Part shown: positions 62,155 through 64,000 of the stretch, one piece after another
Layout of the letters: each line of letters begins with the position of its first letter
How positions within the stretch are numbered: position 1 is the stretch's first letter
Assembly: GCF_000143415.4 (NCBI RefSeq)
Contig: NW_003314267.1
Span: 934,055 to 998,054, forward strand
Direction of reading: 5' to 3'
Length of the DNA: 64,000 bases
Source: Selaginella moellendorffii
Lineage: Eukaryota > Plantae > Lycopodiophyta
The notes under the pieces: model-generated
The model's input: only the letters and a program-made list of their open reading frames with translations
Databases searched by the model: none
What the model was told of the DNA's origin: nothing
Position numbers and translations under genes: made by a program

Positions 62155-64000
62155 TGTGAGACACAAAATCCCTAGGCCCCAAAGTGGAGCCGGAAGGGCG
62201 CCACATGGTAGTGGCCGAAGCGAGAGCCAAACGAGCGTAACACGTTTGGACCAAAAGCTCCGACTTGAAAAGTCAAGAGCGGGAGTGGAACTCCCAACGA
62301 AGTGCTCGAGGAACGAGCACGAAGCGAGCAAAAGGCAAGGCTCCAAAAAGAGACCCAAAAGGACCAACACATGACACATGGGAGTGTCCGAGATGGACTC
62401 GAGATGGAGTCCGAGATGGAGTCCGAGATGGACCCGAGATGGAGTCCGAGATGGAGTCCGAGATGGAGTCCGAGGTGGACCCGAGATGGACCCGAGTTGG
62501 AGTCCGAAGTGGAGTCCGAGATGGACCCGAGATGGAGTCCGAGATGGAGTCCGAGATGGAGTCCGAGGTGACCCGAGATGGACCCGAAAAGGAGTCCGAG
62601 ATGGAGTCCGAGATGGAGTCCGAGGTGGACCCGAGATAGACCCGAAATGGAGTCCGAGATGGACCCGAGATGGAGTCCGAGATGGAGTCCGAGATGGACC
62701 CGAGATGGACCCGAGATGGAGTCCAAGATGGAGTCCGAGATGGAGTCCGAGATGGAGTCCAAAGTCGAGACCGAGACCGGAACCGAGACCGGGACCGAGA
62801 CCGAGACCGAGATCGGGACTGAGACCGAGACCGAGGCCGAGGCCAAGACCGAGCCCGAACCCGAGTCCGAGTCCGAATCCGAATCCGAGTCCGAGTCCGA
62901 GTCCGAGTCCGAGTCCGAGTCCGAGTCCGAGTCCGAAGCCTGAGAGGGTGAAAGCCCAAAGCGTTCGTCTCCCAGACCCTGGGGGGTTTGGTGAGCTCCA
63001 AAAGTATAGTAGGGGGAGGATTGCAGTGGAGCCAGTTTGGCCAGGAAAGGCCAGTTTGGCCCAGGAAGGCCAGACCCAGTGTTGGGTGATGAACTGACCA
63101 CTGGGAAGTCCAAGACTAGAGTGAATACGGACCGACAAGCGGGGTAGCTTGGTGAAGTGTTCAAGAGCCGGCTCTAGTTCCCCCGGGAGATCGACTAGCC
63201 GATGCTCCCAGTCCAAGTGTGGGTGGCACTACCTACTTGGATACCAGGCGTGGCTCAACGGAACCTCGCTCTAAGCCCATGGCTAGAGCACCTAAAGGCG
63301 ATAGGTGGGGAGAGTACCCAGGTGGCTCGCGTAAGGCCACGGTGTTCCGAAACGTTGTCCCAAAGGCCCAGACTGTGGAAAGGAAGAGGAGCAGTCCTCT
63401 GGGGTAGTGACCAAGGACACAGTCATGTGGTGAGGAAGTCCCAGAGGACCGTGGGACTTAGGGGTCGGGCCTGTGGGCCTCGATCCAGTGGCAGTGTTGG
63501 CAAACACGGCCAGGGGCAGAAAGGGACTTGGTAGGAACTGACAAAGGGACTTTGGGGAAGGCAATTCCCCAGGTCTGTGGGCATCCTAAGGATGTTAAGG
63601 AGTGGATCTAGGATGACCCCTTGTGGACACATGGCCTAGTCTTGGAGAGACGAGGTGGTGATGCAAGTGGTGTTGAACCACTAGTGCAGCAAAGGTGAAT
63701 GGGCATGGCTTTAGCGTAACGGGCCGAGATGTCAGTGGTACCTTTGGGTGTCGGTCTCAGGACCGGACACGTGGAGCACTTGGACCAGGTGCAAGTGTGG
63801 AGTGGCATGGATGCCATTCTTGGGGCTAGCAAGTCCCAAATCCTGAATTGGATTGATGGAGGTTGTGAATGAGACTCCTCCAAGTGGTCGGAGGTGTGGT
63901 TAAGTGACTAAAGTAGAATGGAAAAATTAGTCGCTTACAATTTGGTATCGGAGCTGTTCCTTAGTCCGACTTTTATTGGTGCTCAAGTATATCACCACTA
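62155..64000 (+). mobile_element. 5' LTR (62155-63939, 1785 bp) and PBS of an LTR retrotransposon continuing beyond the window
   Basis: TGTGAG...CTTACA termini; iMet-type PBS TGGTATCGGAGC 63943-63954. Confidence 0.92.
62388..62940 (+). repeat. LTR-internal satellite: 11-12-bp GAGATGGA(GT/C)CC and 6-bp CCGAG(A/T) arrays
   Basis: Directly visible; an inverted copy lies at 57961-58860. Confidence 0.95.

Noticed and set aside
57677-63216. 200-360 aa SD/GL/RP-repeat ORFs
   Set aside because: Stop-free frames produced by the LTR satellite arrays; open in several frames on both strands.

Overview
Eukaryotic land-plant nuclear DNA. The very short GT-AG introns (about 45-65 nt) and tight gene packing point to a compact genome such as the lycophyte Selaginella; this is an inference. 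GC-rich gene islands alternate with AT-rich retrotransposon graveyards. 1.3-8.8 kb holds an F-box/JmjC gene and a Dof transcription factor. 17.3-17.9 kb holds an IBH1-like atypical bHLH. 34.7-52.4 kb is a dense block: TVP38/VTT protein, PspA-like plastid coiled-coil protein, class-3 lipase, D-amino-acid transaminase/ADC lyase, TrmL methyltransferase, OST3/6, UTr7-like nucleotide-sugar transporter, a stand-alone REF6/ELF6-type zinc-finger protein, CNX3/MoaC, a small 3-exon plastid membrane protein absent from the ORF track, and a HAD pseudogene. 13.9-15.7, 21.8-33.7 and 52.4-64 kb hold nested Ty3/gypsy copies, a TRIM and long satellite-bearing LTRs. A 100-N gap lies at 12957-13056. Most notable observations: a 4.2-kb inversion supported by a split RT and a split solo LTR with its TSD; a JmjC-less REF6-type zinc-finger gene; a TRIM with a Pol III A/B-box and tRNA T-arm across its PBS; two convergent genes sharing one CTAG palindrome as stop codons; and very compact bidirectional promoters. 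All homology calls are by motif recognition from memory; no database searches were run.
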